From contig JAADGS010000037.1 of the NCBI GenBank assembly GCA_013152275.1, positions 1 through 45,539 of the forward strand: 45,539 nt of DNA, given 5' to 3'. Below, in pieces: positions 18,712-28,028 of the stretch (the first letter of the stretch is position 1; the number at the start of each line of letters is the position of its first letter). The notes under the pieces were generated by a model. It was given only the letters and a program-made list of their open reading frames with translations, searched no databases and was not told the DNA's origin. The DNA comes from Actinomycetota bacterium. GTDB lineage: Bacteria > Actinomycetota > Acidimicrobiia > Spongiisociales > UBA4744. A program made the position numbers and the translations under genes.

Positions 18712-19602
18712 TCAGTCCTCCGCCGTGAGTTCGAGGAACACGTCTTCGAGGCCGGTGGCTCCGACGCGGAGTTCGCGTAGCAAGATGCCTCGCTCGGCCA
18801 GCCAGGTCGTAAGCGTCGCCAGGGCTTCGGGGGTGACCGGGTCGACATCGACGACGTACCGTCCGGGAGCCAGTTCCGTCGTGGGGATCGGGAAGCGCCT
18901 GGTGTCGAGGCCAGGCTCGGCGAGCAGCGTCACGCCACCACTCTTTTGGATGAGCTCCGAAGGAGATCCCTCGGTGATCAGGCGTCCGTTGGCGATGATC
19001 CCGATCCGATCCGACAGCCGTTCGGCTTCGTCCATGTAGTGCGTGGTCAGCAGGGTTGTCACACCTTCGTCGTGGAGTGTTTCGATGATCGCCCACGTGT
19101 TTCTGCGTGCCATGGGATCCATGCCGGACGTGGGCTCGTCCAGGAAGAGCACCTGGGGGTTTCCCACGAGGGCCAACGCGAGGGACAGGCGCTGTTTCTC
19201 GCCACCAGAAAGTTGGCGGTACGGGGTCTTGAGGCGACCGGTCAGTCCGGTCAGCTCGACGAGCTCGTCCAGATCGCGTGGGTGATCGTGGAATGCGGCG
19301 AACAGGCGAAGCGCCTCGATCGGCCGGGTGGCCGGAGAGATGCCACCTTCCTGCAGCATGACACCGATGCGCTTGTGGAGTTCCCGGGGGCGCTTCGACG
19401 GATCGATGCCGAGCACGGAGACACCTCCTCCACTCGGGTCGCGTAGGCCTTCGAGGATCTCGACGGTGGTCGTTTTGCCGGCCCCGTTCGGTCCCAGCAG
19501 AGCGTACGATTCACCTTCTTCGACGGACAGGGTGAGGTGGTCGACCGCGGTGTGCCGGCCGTACCGCTTGGTGAGGTTCTCGATGACGATCGCTGGAGTC
19601 AC
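18712..19602 (-). CDS. ABC exporter ATP-binding protein
   Basis: GPNGAGKTT, LSGGEKQR, FLDEPT, TTHYM, LEDVF; start trimmed to GTG 19602. Confidence 0.93.
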   Translation of the reverse strand: MTPAIVIENLTKRYGRHTAVDHLTLSVEEGESYALLGPNGAGKTTTVEILEGLRDPSGGGVSVLGIDPSKRPRELHKRIGVMLQEGGISPATRPIEALRLFAAFHDHPRDLDELVELTGLTGRLKTPYRQLSGGEKQRLSLALALVGNPQVLFLDEPTSGMDPMARRNTWAIIETLHDEGVTTLLTTHYMDEAERLSDRIGIIANGRLITEGSPSELIQKSGGVTLLAEPGLDTRRFPIPTTELAPGRYVVDVDPVTPEALATLTTWLAERGILLRELRVGATGLEDVFLELTAED

Positions 19603-19832
19603 GGACGAGCATGGTAACCGGCATTGCAGGGGCGGGATTCGGGAGGAGGGTTCGTTCACGGCGGCAGCCTCGCCGACGACCCGCCAGGTCCATCCGGCTT
19701 TCCGGACGTGCTGCCCGAACAGATGGCACTGGAAGGTTCGGGGAGGGCGCGCCTTGCCGCCGACCGGGGCGCCGGTACCACTCGGCGGCTCCGTCGTGTC
19801 GTCTTGGTGGTGTGTCGTGGCGTGGACGGTTG

Positions 19833-21088
19833 TCAGGGCGGGTCGTTGCCGCCGGGTTTGAGGAATCGGCGTCGTTGGGGTGGCGTGTCGGGGTCGATCC
19901 GATAGCCCATCCCGTGGATGACGACATGGTGGTGATACCAACACAGCGTCGTGAGGTTCTCCGGATCGGTCGGCCCACCTTGGGAGTACGGGGTGATGTG
20001 GTGGGCTGAGTGCCTCGACAGGCAACCTTTGCGGCGTTCTGCCGGCCAGGAACGCCGCTCGCTGCGTTCTCCGCCTCGACGCACCTGCCGGTGCGCCTTC
20101 GTTGTGCGGCCTTGCCATCGGCGTTCCTGACTCGGCATCGACACCACGAACGTTGCCTGCCAAGGCACCGAAGGCGGTAGCGGCTCGTGCAGGCGTCTAC
20201 CGTGCACACGCAGGCGTCTCTCTGCAGGATCGCTCTCCGTAACGCGGGGTTGACCGTTCGGGTGTGTCTTCCGACGGCCAACGGGGTTCCGTCTCTGGTG
20301 AGGATCGTTTCGATCTGGCTGTCACACAGGAGTCCGTCGAGAGCATCGGGTCCGATCCGTACGCCCGAATCGAGGATGACGCCGGTCTTGTTCTGGGTCT
20401 GGGTTGCCCGGCCGGCATCGACGAAGACGGTGATCAGGGGCGTGCAGGTTCCTTCACCGGCCGTTGCCGTGAGGGAATCCTGGGCAATCGAGGTGAGGGC
20501 GTCCGCCTGTCGCTGCCCCAAGGCCGGCCTCGTTCCATCAGGCAGGGCGGGGAATGCGTCGGCACGTCGGATGAGGGCTTGTTCGACGATCTGGCCGTCG
20601 ACGCCGGGCAGGAGCCCCCACAGGCGCCATGAGGTCTGGTCCAGGTTGGGCTGCATGGCGAGGTACCGGTCGCAGACACTCTGGCGTTCCCGATCACGCG
20701 AGAGGCGATGCCTTCTGAAGATCTCGCGGCGCAGACCGCCGATGTCGAATCGCCATCCGGTCTCTACGGTGTTGTCGACACCGGTCGCGGCGTATCTGCA
20801 CAACTCGACGGCACGGTCGAAGGTGATTCCCCCTGCGCCGAGCGCTTCGGCCACCTCGGGCGTGTCCAGGGCCGCACGGGAGGTCCGCATGAGTGCCGAT
20901 GCGGTCTCCGGCGCCACATCCAGGCGGCTTGCGGTCCATTCGACCATGGAACGGCACCCATCTGCGGTGGATACCTGGCGGCGATCCAGCTCGGCCAACA
21001 CGGCGATCTGCACCGCTCGACTCCGAGCGATGACTGTTTCGGTCGCCAACAGGGTCTGTTCCAGGTCGTCTGTGGTTCGACTGTCCAT
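19833..21088 (-). pseudogene. DUF222/REP13E12-like HNH endonuclease gene interrupted by an insertion
   Basis: Frame 1 ends ...ALRRAILQRDACVCTVDACTSRYRL; the HNH continuation HHITPYSQGGPTDPENLTTLCWYHH is in another frame about 160 nt later. Confidence 0.85.
20010..20168. mobile_element. MITE-like non-autonomous element, ~159 nt
   Basis: 17-nt terminal inverted repeats GTGCCTCGACAGGCAAC / GTTGCCTGCCAAGGCAC (15/17 match), internal IR AGGAACGCCG/CGGCGTTCCT, flanks TGA/CGA; sits inside the HNH motif. Confidence 0.8.
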
Positions 21089-21094
21089 ACCGGC

Positions 21095-21116
21095 AACATA
21101 TCATCCGGGTGTGACA
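21095..21116 (-). promoter_or_regulatory. RecA-NDp/PafBC-type DNA-damage promoter, leaderless
   Basis: TGTCAC-N10-TATGTT, then 6 nt to ATG 21088. Confidence 0.65.
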
Positions 21117-21183
21117 GAAAACGACTGGCAACGATAGATGACGAAAGAAGAGAGTCTCTACCCGGGCGACTGTCGCCGTTCGG

Positions 21184-21858
21184 TCAGGTCGGCTTCGTGC
21201 CCCGGACCCGGATGTAGCGGATCCCGCGCCCGAGGCTCCAGGGGCCGGAACCCAGGAGGTGTGTCGCTGCAGCAGCCCCGGTGGCGAGGCGGCGCTCCCA
21301 CACCGGTCGCACCAGGTCGGTCAGTTCGCGGACTTCGACGTCGACCATGCCGGCCTCTTCCATCCATCCCGCGAAGTCATCCGGCGTGGCGACGCACAGG
21401 TAGTCGAGGTGAGCTTCGGTGAACGCCGCGCGGATGTCGGCGGGCGGATCCTCCGGAGCGATCACATCGGTGATGGTCATCACACCGCCGGGACGGAGCA
21501 CTCTGGCCATCTCGGACTGACCGATGTCGGTCACCTCCGAGGTCGGGTACACGATGAACTCACTCACCACACCATCGAAGGCTGCATCGGGAGACGGAAT
21601 CCGGTCGGGCAGCGCCTTGTCGAACCTGACCGGGACACCTTCGGTCTTGGCGCTCCGGGCCGCGCTCAGCAGCTCTTCGGAGAGTTCGAGCCCGAGCACC
21701 TCACCGCCGCCGACCCGATCGGCGATTCGGAACGCCACCTCGCCGGACGCCGAGCACAGCACGAGAATCCGTTTTCCCTCCAGCGGTTCCAGGTCGGCGA
21801 GAATCGTTTCGACCACCGGAGACAGCAACTCCCGTTCGGTCTTCGCCCACGGCGCCAT
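21184..21858 (-). CDS. Class I SAM-dependent methyltransferase
   Basis: ILVLCSASG (atypical motif I), GLELSEELL..AR, P.PDAAFDGV, EMARVLRPGG. Confidence 0.85.
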   Translation of the reverse strand: MAPWAKTERELLSPVVETILADLEPLEGKRILVLCSASGEVAFRIADRVGGGEVLGLELSEELLSAARSAKTEGVPVRFDKALPDRIPSPDAAFDGVVSEFIVYPTSEVTDIGQSEMARVLRPGGVMTITDVIAPEDPPADIRAAFTEAHLDYLCVATPDDFAGWMEEAGMVDVEVRELTDLVRPVWERRLATGAAAATHLLGSGPWSLGRGIRYIRVRGTKPT

Positions 21859-22016
21859 CGATCTACTCCCTGCATCGAACCTACTCCATCGGGGGTGGGT
21901 TCCGTCGCAGGAATCCGGGGGTGGATCTCATGGCGGGCCGGTAGCCTGTACCGCCGATGAGGACCCATCGTCGATGGGTCGTATCAAGCGAGGCGGCGAG
22001 GAATGGGGAGCGCGCA

Positions 22017-22532
22017 GTGGGTGATCTGATCACGCTGATCGGTACCACCGAGCAGTTGGGAGCTTCGGCGGCCGTTCTGGCGCGCGGATACGAGGCCAGG
22101 CCGATGGCGGTGTCGGATGCGGACGCCGTCGGCTCCCTGTATTTCGCCGCATACGATCCTGGTGAGGCATGTGACACGTTGGAGGAGTCGGTCGCGGATG
22201 TCGTCATGTCGCTGGACGGCGACTACGGCCCGTTTTGGGCCGAGGCGTCCCCGGTCATCGGCCGTGGCAGCCAGGTCGTTGCCGCCGTGATGACGGTTCG
22301 CCGAGCTCCGTGGCACGACACGCCGGACTGTCCGTTCATCATCGAGGTGTTCACCGATCGTGCCCACCGCCGGCGCGGACTCGCCCGGTTCGGTATCGGA
22401 TGGTGCCTGAGGATCGTGCGCGAGGCGGGCGAGTCTTCCGTGGCGTTGCGGGTGATGGATGACAACACCCCGGCCCTCGCATTGTACGAATCCCTCGGCT
22501 TCACACCGTGGAAGCCCGTGCAGCACGGGTGA
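22017..22532 (+). CDS. GNAT family N-acetyltransferase
   Basis: VFT..AHRRRGLA (motif A), N.PA.ALYESLGF; GTG 22017 after GGGGAG. Confidence 0.88.
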   Translation: MGDLITLIGTTEQLGASAAVLARGYEARPMAVSDADAVGSLYFAAYDPGEACDTLEESVADVVMSLDGDYGPFWAEASPVIGRGSQVVAAVMTVRRAPWHDTPDCPFIIEVFTDRAHRRRGLARFGIGWCLRIVREAGESSVALRVMDDNTPALALYESLGFTPWKPVQHG

Positions 22533-22801
22533 CGCGAGGTCCGGACATTCGGGTGCCCGCGGAGCAATACAGGGAGAGCATTCCCCACCCCAACCCCACA
22601 GCCTCTACCACCACGCATGAGAACGATCTCCTGGCGGCCATAGACCCCCTACAAACAAGGAACGATGTCCTGGCGGCCCGCCAGTACGGAATACGTGAGT
22701 GCCCACCCGACCCCCGATTCACACGCTCGTGTCACTCGACGGATTCCCGGTCCTCGACGACTCTTGAACGTAGCCATAATCTATGATAGGGATGTGGCGT
22801 C

Positions 22802-23071
22802 ATGGAGATCTCGGTGGAAGTCGGTATCAGAGAGCTTCGGAATCACCTGAGCCGGTATCTTGCCCTGGTGCGGTCCGGTGAGGAGGTCGTGGTCACCGAT
22901 CGTGGCCGGGCTGTGGCGCGTGTGGTCCCGCTGATCGAGGAACGACCCATCGACCGGCTGGTCGCCGAGGGAGTCGTGATGCCCGCCAGAGAGCGTGTGC
23001 GCTCCCGGCCGCACAGGCGGATCGAGGGCGCGGGGCAGGTGAGCGATCTGGTGGCCGAGCAGCGACGATGA
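22802..23071 (+). CDS. Phd/YefM family antitoxin
   Basis: VGIRELRNHLSRYL..V..GEEVVVTDRGRAVARVVP. Confidence 0.92.
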   Translation: MEISVEVGIRELRNHLSRYLALVRSGEEVVVTDRGRAVARVVPLIEERPIDRLVAEGVVMPARERVRSRPHRRIEGAGQVSDLVAEQRR

Positions 23072-23487
23072 TCGCCTACTTCGATACGTCGGCGTTGCTT
23101 CCGCTCATCGTTGACGAACCGGCGTCGGAGGTGGCCGCCCGAGTGTGGGATGTGGCCGATCGTGTCGTGTCTGTTCGGCTCGTGTATCCGGAGGCAAGGG
23201 CGGCACTGGCCCGCGCCCATCGTCTGGGTCGGATCACGTCTCGTCGGCTGCAATCAGCCGTAGTCCAGCTCGACCGTCTACTCGATCAGCTCGATGTCGT
23301 CGAGATCACCGCCAGACTGGCTCGGCGGGCAGGCGAGCTGGCCGAGCATCAGAGCCTTCGTGGCTACGACGCCGTCCACCTGGCCGGGGCCGAGCTCATC
23401 AACAGTCGGGACACGGTGCTCGTCGCCGGCGACACACGGCTCTGCGATGCAGGAGAACGACTCTGGATCAACGTCGCCCGTCTGTGA
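23068..23487 (+). CDS. vapC: VapC (PIN-domain) toxin
   Basis: YFDTSAL, E...AL, LRGYDAVHLA, GD..L; ATGA overlap with the antitoxin. Confidence 0.92.
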   Translation: MIAYFDTSALLPLIVDEPASEVAARVWDVADRVVSVRLVYPEARAALARAHRLGRITSRRLQSAVVQLDRLLDQLDVVEITARLARRAGELAEHQSLRGYDAVHLAGAELINSRDTVLVAGDTRLCDAGERLWINVARL

Positions 23488-23533
23488 CCGATCGACGTCG
23501 AGCCTGCGTGAAGACTCGCCGGGGTCGGCACCG

Positions 23534-24004
23534 ATGGAGAGACCCTCGGACGTGACGGTTGCCCGGGATGTGAAACTCGTAGACTCGTTTCCAGTGAGAG
23601 ACATTTCCAGGGTCGGGTATGTCGTTCTGTCGATCGTCGGCCCGGTGCTGACTGTCGGCCTGATCGTCGGCTTCGTCGCCATCAGAGATCGCCAGGGCGT
23701 CGGTGGTGAACCGCAGCAAGAAGCCGCGATTCCCATTGTCGCCGAGTACCAACGCGCCCTCGCCGAGGGCGATCTCGATACGTACCGAAGCATCAGCAAA
23801 CCGATGCTGGGAACCTCCATCACCGAGGCCTTCGCCGTTGAACGTGGCTGCCTCGACTGGAACGTTGTTGTCGTGTCCCTTCGAGATCATGAGATCTCTC
23901 CATACGTAGCCGTCGCCACGTTCTCCGATGGAGACCGAAGCCTGGCCCGGACGTTGATGTATGAATCGAACGGATGGATCGTCACCGTCCAGCCCGATTG
24001 CTGA
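23534..24004 (+). CDS. Hypothetical single-TM membrane/secreted protein (start uncertain)
   Basis: Hydrophobic VVLSIVGPVLTVGLIVGFVAI, then 'Y.RALAEGD...Y' and 'GW.V', which suggest an NTF2-like fold. Confidence 0.6.
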   Translation: MERPSDVTVARDVKLVDSFPVRDISRVGYVVLSIVGPVLTVGLIVGFVAIRDRQGVGGEPQQEAAIPIVAEYQRALAEGDLDTYRSISKPMLGTSITEAFAVERGCLDWNVVVVSLRDHEISPYVAVATFSDGDRSLARTLMYESNGWIVTVQPDC

Positions 24005-24259
24005 GCGCGATCACGGGCGCGATTCCCTGTCACGCGCCGGACGTGCCTGCAGTTCGCGCATGACTGCGGTCAGAGGTCGACGGCGCCAGGTGCACCCCGG
24101 TTCGCCCTCCATCCGGGTTCATTTCGACAGAACCGTCGAGCCGGTCGAACACGTGAAGGCAGGGTTGACACCGACCACGTCGGTGAGGTGGGCGGGACGG
24201 GGGTGTTCCATCTCGAAATCCAAAGCGCCGACCATCCAAGATCCTGTAGGGTCGCGTAC

Positions 24260-25204
24260 ATGCCGGCGGTAGAAGTCCAGGGGCTCCGAAGGGTCTTCAA
24301 GGTGCATGGTCGCGCCTCCGAGCCGGTCGTGGCACTCGACGGCATCGACCTCGCCGTGGAGGAGGGCACGATCCATGGGCTGCTCGGTCCGAACGGCGCC
24401 GGCAAGACGACGCTCGTGAAGATCCTCGCCACGGTGCTGCTCCCGACGGAAGGAACGGCGTCGGTGCTCGGCTTCGACGTCGTCGCCGAGACAGCCAAGG
24501 TGCGGCCGCTGATCGGCCTCGTGTTCGGTGGCGACCGAGGGCTGTACACCCGGCTGACGGCACGTCAGAACCTCATCTACTGGGCTGCACTGTATGGAGT
24601 GTCGGCATCGGAGACGCCCGCCGTCGTGGATCGGCTGCTCGATCGTGTGGGTCTCGCAGACCGGGCCGGCGAACGGGTGGAGACCTTCTCTCGAGGGATG
24701 AAACAGCGCCTCCATCTCGCCCGGGGACTGGTGTCGGATCCGCCGGTGTTGTTCCTCGACGAGCCGACCATCGGGCTGGACCCGATGGCGTCGCTCGAAT
24801 TCCGACGCCTCGTCGTCGAGCTGCGCGATGCCGGCAAGACCGTGTTTCTGACGACTCACAACATGGCCGAGGCCGAGGCGCTGTGCGACCGGGTATCGCT
24901 CATCGACCGCGGTCGGATCGTCGCCACCGAATCCCCGACGACGCTGGGGCTGTGGATGTCTCGCTATGAATGGGTCGAAGCCCAGCACGTTCTCGACGAG
25001 GTCGTTGCCGAGATCGAGGTGCTCGTCGCCGATGTCGAGCGGCGCCCCGACGGCTGGGTTCGGTTTCAGCCGGACGCCGACGGGGTCGGTCGGCGTGTCC
25101 TGCGCCGCCTTGTCGACGCCGGCGTGTCATCGGTACGCACGGGATCGCCGTCCCTCGAGGACGTGTATATGAAGCTCATCGGCGACCGGGGCATGGAGTT
25201 GTGA
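24260..25204 (+). CDS. ABC exporter ATP-binding protein (DrrA-like)
   Basis: GPNGAGKTT, FSRGMKQR, FLDEPT, TTHNM, PSLEDVY. Confidence 0.93.
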   Translation: MPAVEVQGLRRVFKVHGRASEPVVALDGIDLAVEEGTIHGLLGPNGAGKTTLVKILATVLLPTEGTASVLGFDVVAETAKVRPLIGLVFGGDRGLYTRLTARQNLIYWAALYGVSASETPAVVDRLLDRVGLADRAGERVETFSRGMKQRLHLARGLVSDPPVLFLDEPTIGLDPMASLEFRRLVVELRDAGKTVFLTTHNMAEAEALCDRVSLIDRGRIVATESPTTLGLWMSRYEWVEAQHVLDEVVAEIEVLVADVERRPDGWVRFQPDADGVGRRVLRRLVDAGVSSVRTGSPSLEDVYMKLIGDRGMEL

Positions 25205-25968
25205 ACGCCGCAGCGGCCGCGTTCAAGATGCAGCTACGTCTCGCGTTACGCACTCCCAACTACTGGATGGTGCAGATCTCCACGATCCCGCAGGTGATCA
25301 TCTTCTTCTCGGTGATCGAGGCGTTCGACCGTCCCGATCTGCTCATCAATGCGCTCCTCGCACCGATCCTGATGGCGATGTGGAGCACGGCGCTGTGGAC
25401 GGGGGGAAGTGTGGTGCGTGACGATCGGTGGATGGGCCGTCTCGAGCTGCATGCCGCCGCGCCCGTCGGCTACGGGCTGGTGGTGACCGCCCGTGTGGCT
25501 GCCGTCGTGATGCTGTCGCTCCTCGTCGTTCCACTCACGCTCGCCACCGCCTGGGCGACCTACGGGATCGACATCCGCATCGCCCACCCGGTCGTGCTGG
25601 TCGTCGCGCTGCTGCTCACCGCGGCGGCGATCACCGGCACCGGCATGATCTTCTCCAGCATGACGATCCTGAGCCGCGCCGCGACCACCTTCCAATCGTC
25701 GGCGTCGTACCCGTTTCTGCTGCTCGGCGGCGTGTTCGTGCCCCTGGCGCTGCTGCCGGTCTGGGCTCGGCCGTTCGGACGCCTGGTATTCCTTTCGTGG
25801 GGCTCCGACCTGATTCGTGACAGCGTCACCCAACCGGTGGTCACTGCCCTGCCATGGCGTCTCGCGGCGATCGTGGTCCTGGGGGCTGTCGGCTTCGGTG
25901 TCGCCCAGTGGCTCGTTCGGGTGGTGCTCTACCGAGTGAGAGCGACAGGGGAGATCGCGGCCCCATGA
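25201..25968 (+). CDS. ABC-2 permease
   Basis: 6 TMs, DRWMGRLE...AP, GGVFVP...LP.W; GTGA overlap. Confidence 0.88.
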   Translation: MNAAAAAFKMQLRLALRTPNYWMVQISTIPQVIIFFSVIEAFDRPDLLINALLAPILMAMWSTALWTGGSVVRDDRWMGRLELHAAAPVGYGLVVTARVAAVVMLSLLVVPLTLATAWATYGIDIRIAHPVVLVVALLLTAAAITGTGMIFSSMTILSRAATTFQSSASYPFLLLGGVFVPLALLPVWARPFGRLVFLSWGSDLIRDSVTQPVVTALPWRLAAIVVLGAVGFGVAQWLVRVVLYRVRATGEIAAP

Positions 25969-26750
25969 CCGCCGCTCTGCGCATCGCCCGCAACGCCGCC
26001 CTCGTCGGCTACCTGGACGTGCGCGCCCAGTACACGTGGAAGTCGTGGCTGTTCGGCTGGATCGTCCGTGCCACCGCACAAGTGCTGTTCTTCACCGCGA
26101 TGGGACTGCTCGTCGGTGGACGCGACCTCGTCCTGTTCGCGTTCGTCGGCAACGTGGCCGCCAGGGCTGCACAGGCGCCGCTCGGCACGGGACCCGACAC
26201 GGCGTGGGAACGGGGTCTCGGGACGCTGCCGCTGCTCGTTGTGGCGCCCCGGTCGATGCTGCCGGTGTTCGGTGGACGGTCGGCCTTCTACATCGTGCAG
26301 GGCCTCGTGGAGGCGAGCCTCATCTTCGTGATCCTCGCACCGTTCGTCGGGTTCTCCGGCAACTGGTGGTGGCTTCCCGTCGGATTGCTGGCCATCAGCC
26401 TCGGGGCATACGGGCTCGGCCTGTTCCTCGCCGCGATCGCCATCCGGCGCCTGCGGATCGGCAACATCCTGTTCAACCTGGTCTTCTACACGCTGATCAC
26501 CATCGGCGGGGTGAACGTGGCGACGAGCGTCTTCCCGACCTGGGTGCAACGAACCGCCGACCTGCTGCCCTTGCACCACGGGCTCCTGGGGTTGCGGGAG
26601 CTCCTCGCCACCGGACCCTCGAGAGGCGCGTTCGGCCAACTCGGCCTGGAGCTTCTGGTCGGTGTCGGCTGGTTCCTCATCGCCCTCGTCGGGTTCCGCC
26701 TCTTCGCCGAGGGTGGCCGGCGCGACGGCACGATCGATCTCGAGGAGTAG
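25965..26750 (+). CDS. ABC-2 permease
   Basis: 6 TMs, WERGLGTL.LL..AP, LPLHHGL; ATGA overlap. Confidence 0.88.
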   Translation: MTAALRIARNAALVGYLDVRAQYTWKSWLFGWIVRATAQVLFFTAMGLLVGGRDLVLFAFVGNVAARAAQAPLGTGPDTAWERGLGTLPLLVVAPRSMLPVFGGRSAFYIVQGLVEASLIFVILAPFVGFSGNWWWLPVGLLAISLGAYGLGLFLAAIAIRRLRIGNILFNLVFYTLITIGGVNVATSVFPTWVQRTADLLPLHHGLLGLRELLATGPSRGAFGQLGLELLVGVGWFLIALVGFRLFAEGGRRDGTIDLEE

Positions 26751-27086
26751 CGAGCCTGTGTGAGGATTGTCGGGCGTTCCGGTCGCCGGCAGGAGTGCGA
26801 ATCTCGGCGGCGGCCCCAACTTCGGCGGTGAGCATCGGGTGATCGAACACGCCTGCCTGTGCGCTGTGAGAGGTTGGTCGATCCTGGCGCCGAAACGCGG
26901 TGCGGCCGGTGCTGCCGAGATGAGTGCCGGCGAGTTCGCCGAACTTGCCCGACCGTTGAGAGCGCCGAATTCCCGGTAGCAGGAGCGGGAGCCATCGTGC
27001 CGTGCCCGCCGAGGTCGTGGGCGATGAGTCGGTCGGCGAGCTTCGAGACGGAAGCTGCTCGTCCGCCGCCGAACCCGTCTCGCCCG

Positions 27087-28028
27087 TCAGAGCGCCAGCG
27101 CCAGGAACCCGACATAGGCGACGACGAGCACCGCACCTTCCCAGCGCACGAGACGGTTCCCCGTCGCGGTCAAGATGCCGGCGAGGGCCGAGATGACGAG
27201 CATGAAGATGATCGGGACTCGGAAATCGGCGGTGAAGGTGCCGGTTCCCGCAAGAGCGGCTGCTCCGGCGACACCCAGAGAGTTGAACAGGTTCGAGCCG
27301 AGAACGTTGCCGATCACGAGTGCGTTTTCGTGTCGCCTCGCTGCGGCGATTCCGGTGGCGAGTTCCGGCAGGCTCGTGCCGACGGCGACGAGCGAGAGTC
27401 CGATGAACCCCTGGCTGAGACCCAGTTCGACGGCCACGATGCGGGCACCCCTGACCAGCAGATCGGCGCCGACGAGCGTCAGGGCCAACGCGATGAGTCC
27501 GACGGTGAGCTCGACTGCGGCCCCTTTGCCGGGGGGAGCGAGCTCGTTGACGTCGAGTTTCACGATGCCCTCTGCGATGTCCCGCCGTGACCACGAGACC
27601 AGCAGGAACGCAGAGATGACGATTCCGACGATGAGCACCACCCCCTCGACGGCGCTGATCGTTCCCTCCCACGCCAAGGCGCTGAAGGCAACGACGCCGG
27701 CGAGCATGAGGATGCCTTCCCTCTTGATCGTGTGCAGATGCCCGGCAACGGGCAGGATCATGACCGAGACACCCAGCACAAGGCTCAGGTTCGCCACGTT
27801 CGATCCGACGATGTTCCCGATCGCCATGTCCATCTCGCCCCGGGCGGCGGCGAGCGTGCTGACCAGCAGCTCGGGAGCCGAAGTGCCCATTCCGATCACG
27901 AGCGCACCGATGAGCACCGCGGACATCCCCCAGATTCGGGCAAGACGCGCCGCGGAGAGCACCAGCCGATCGGCGGCAACGGTCAGCAGCACGAGTCCGA
28001 GTACCACGAGCACGACGGCACCGATCAC
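27087..28028 (-). CDS. Calcium/sodium antiporter (YrbG/CaCA)
   Basis: Two alpha repeats: GTSAPEL...GN.VGSN and GTSLPEL...GNVLGSN. Confidence 0.93.
   Translation of the reverse strand: MIGAVVLVVLGLVLLTVAADRLVLSAARLARIWGMSAVLIGALVIGMGTSAPELLVSTLAAARGEMDMAIGNIVGSNVANLSLVLGVSVMILPVAGHLHTIKREGILMLAGVVAFSALAWEGTISAVEGVVLIVGIVISAFLLVSWSRRDIAEGIVKLDVNELAPPGKGAAVELTVGLIALALTLVGADLLVRGARIVAVELGLSQGFIGLSLVAVGTSLPELATGIAAARRHENALVIGNVLGSNLFNSLGVAGAAALAGTGTFTADFRVPIIFMLVISALAGILTATGNRLVRWEGAVLVVAYVGFLALAL

Noticed and set aside
19833..21088. Programmed frameshift or self-splicing intron in the HNH gene
   Set aside because: No slippery site or group I/II intron features seen; a TIR-bounded insertion explains the break
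23996..24050. Cys-TGA ending of the hypothetical membrane protein as a possible C-U motif
   Set aside because: No redox fold and no convincing SECIS; TGA is the commonest stop codon here
26751..27086. 336-nt gap between convergent genes as a possible ncRNA or precursor-peptide gene
   Set aside because: Only weak imperfect hairpins; no credible ORF with an RBS or recognisable RNA motif
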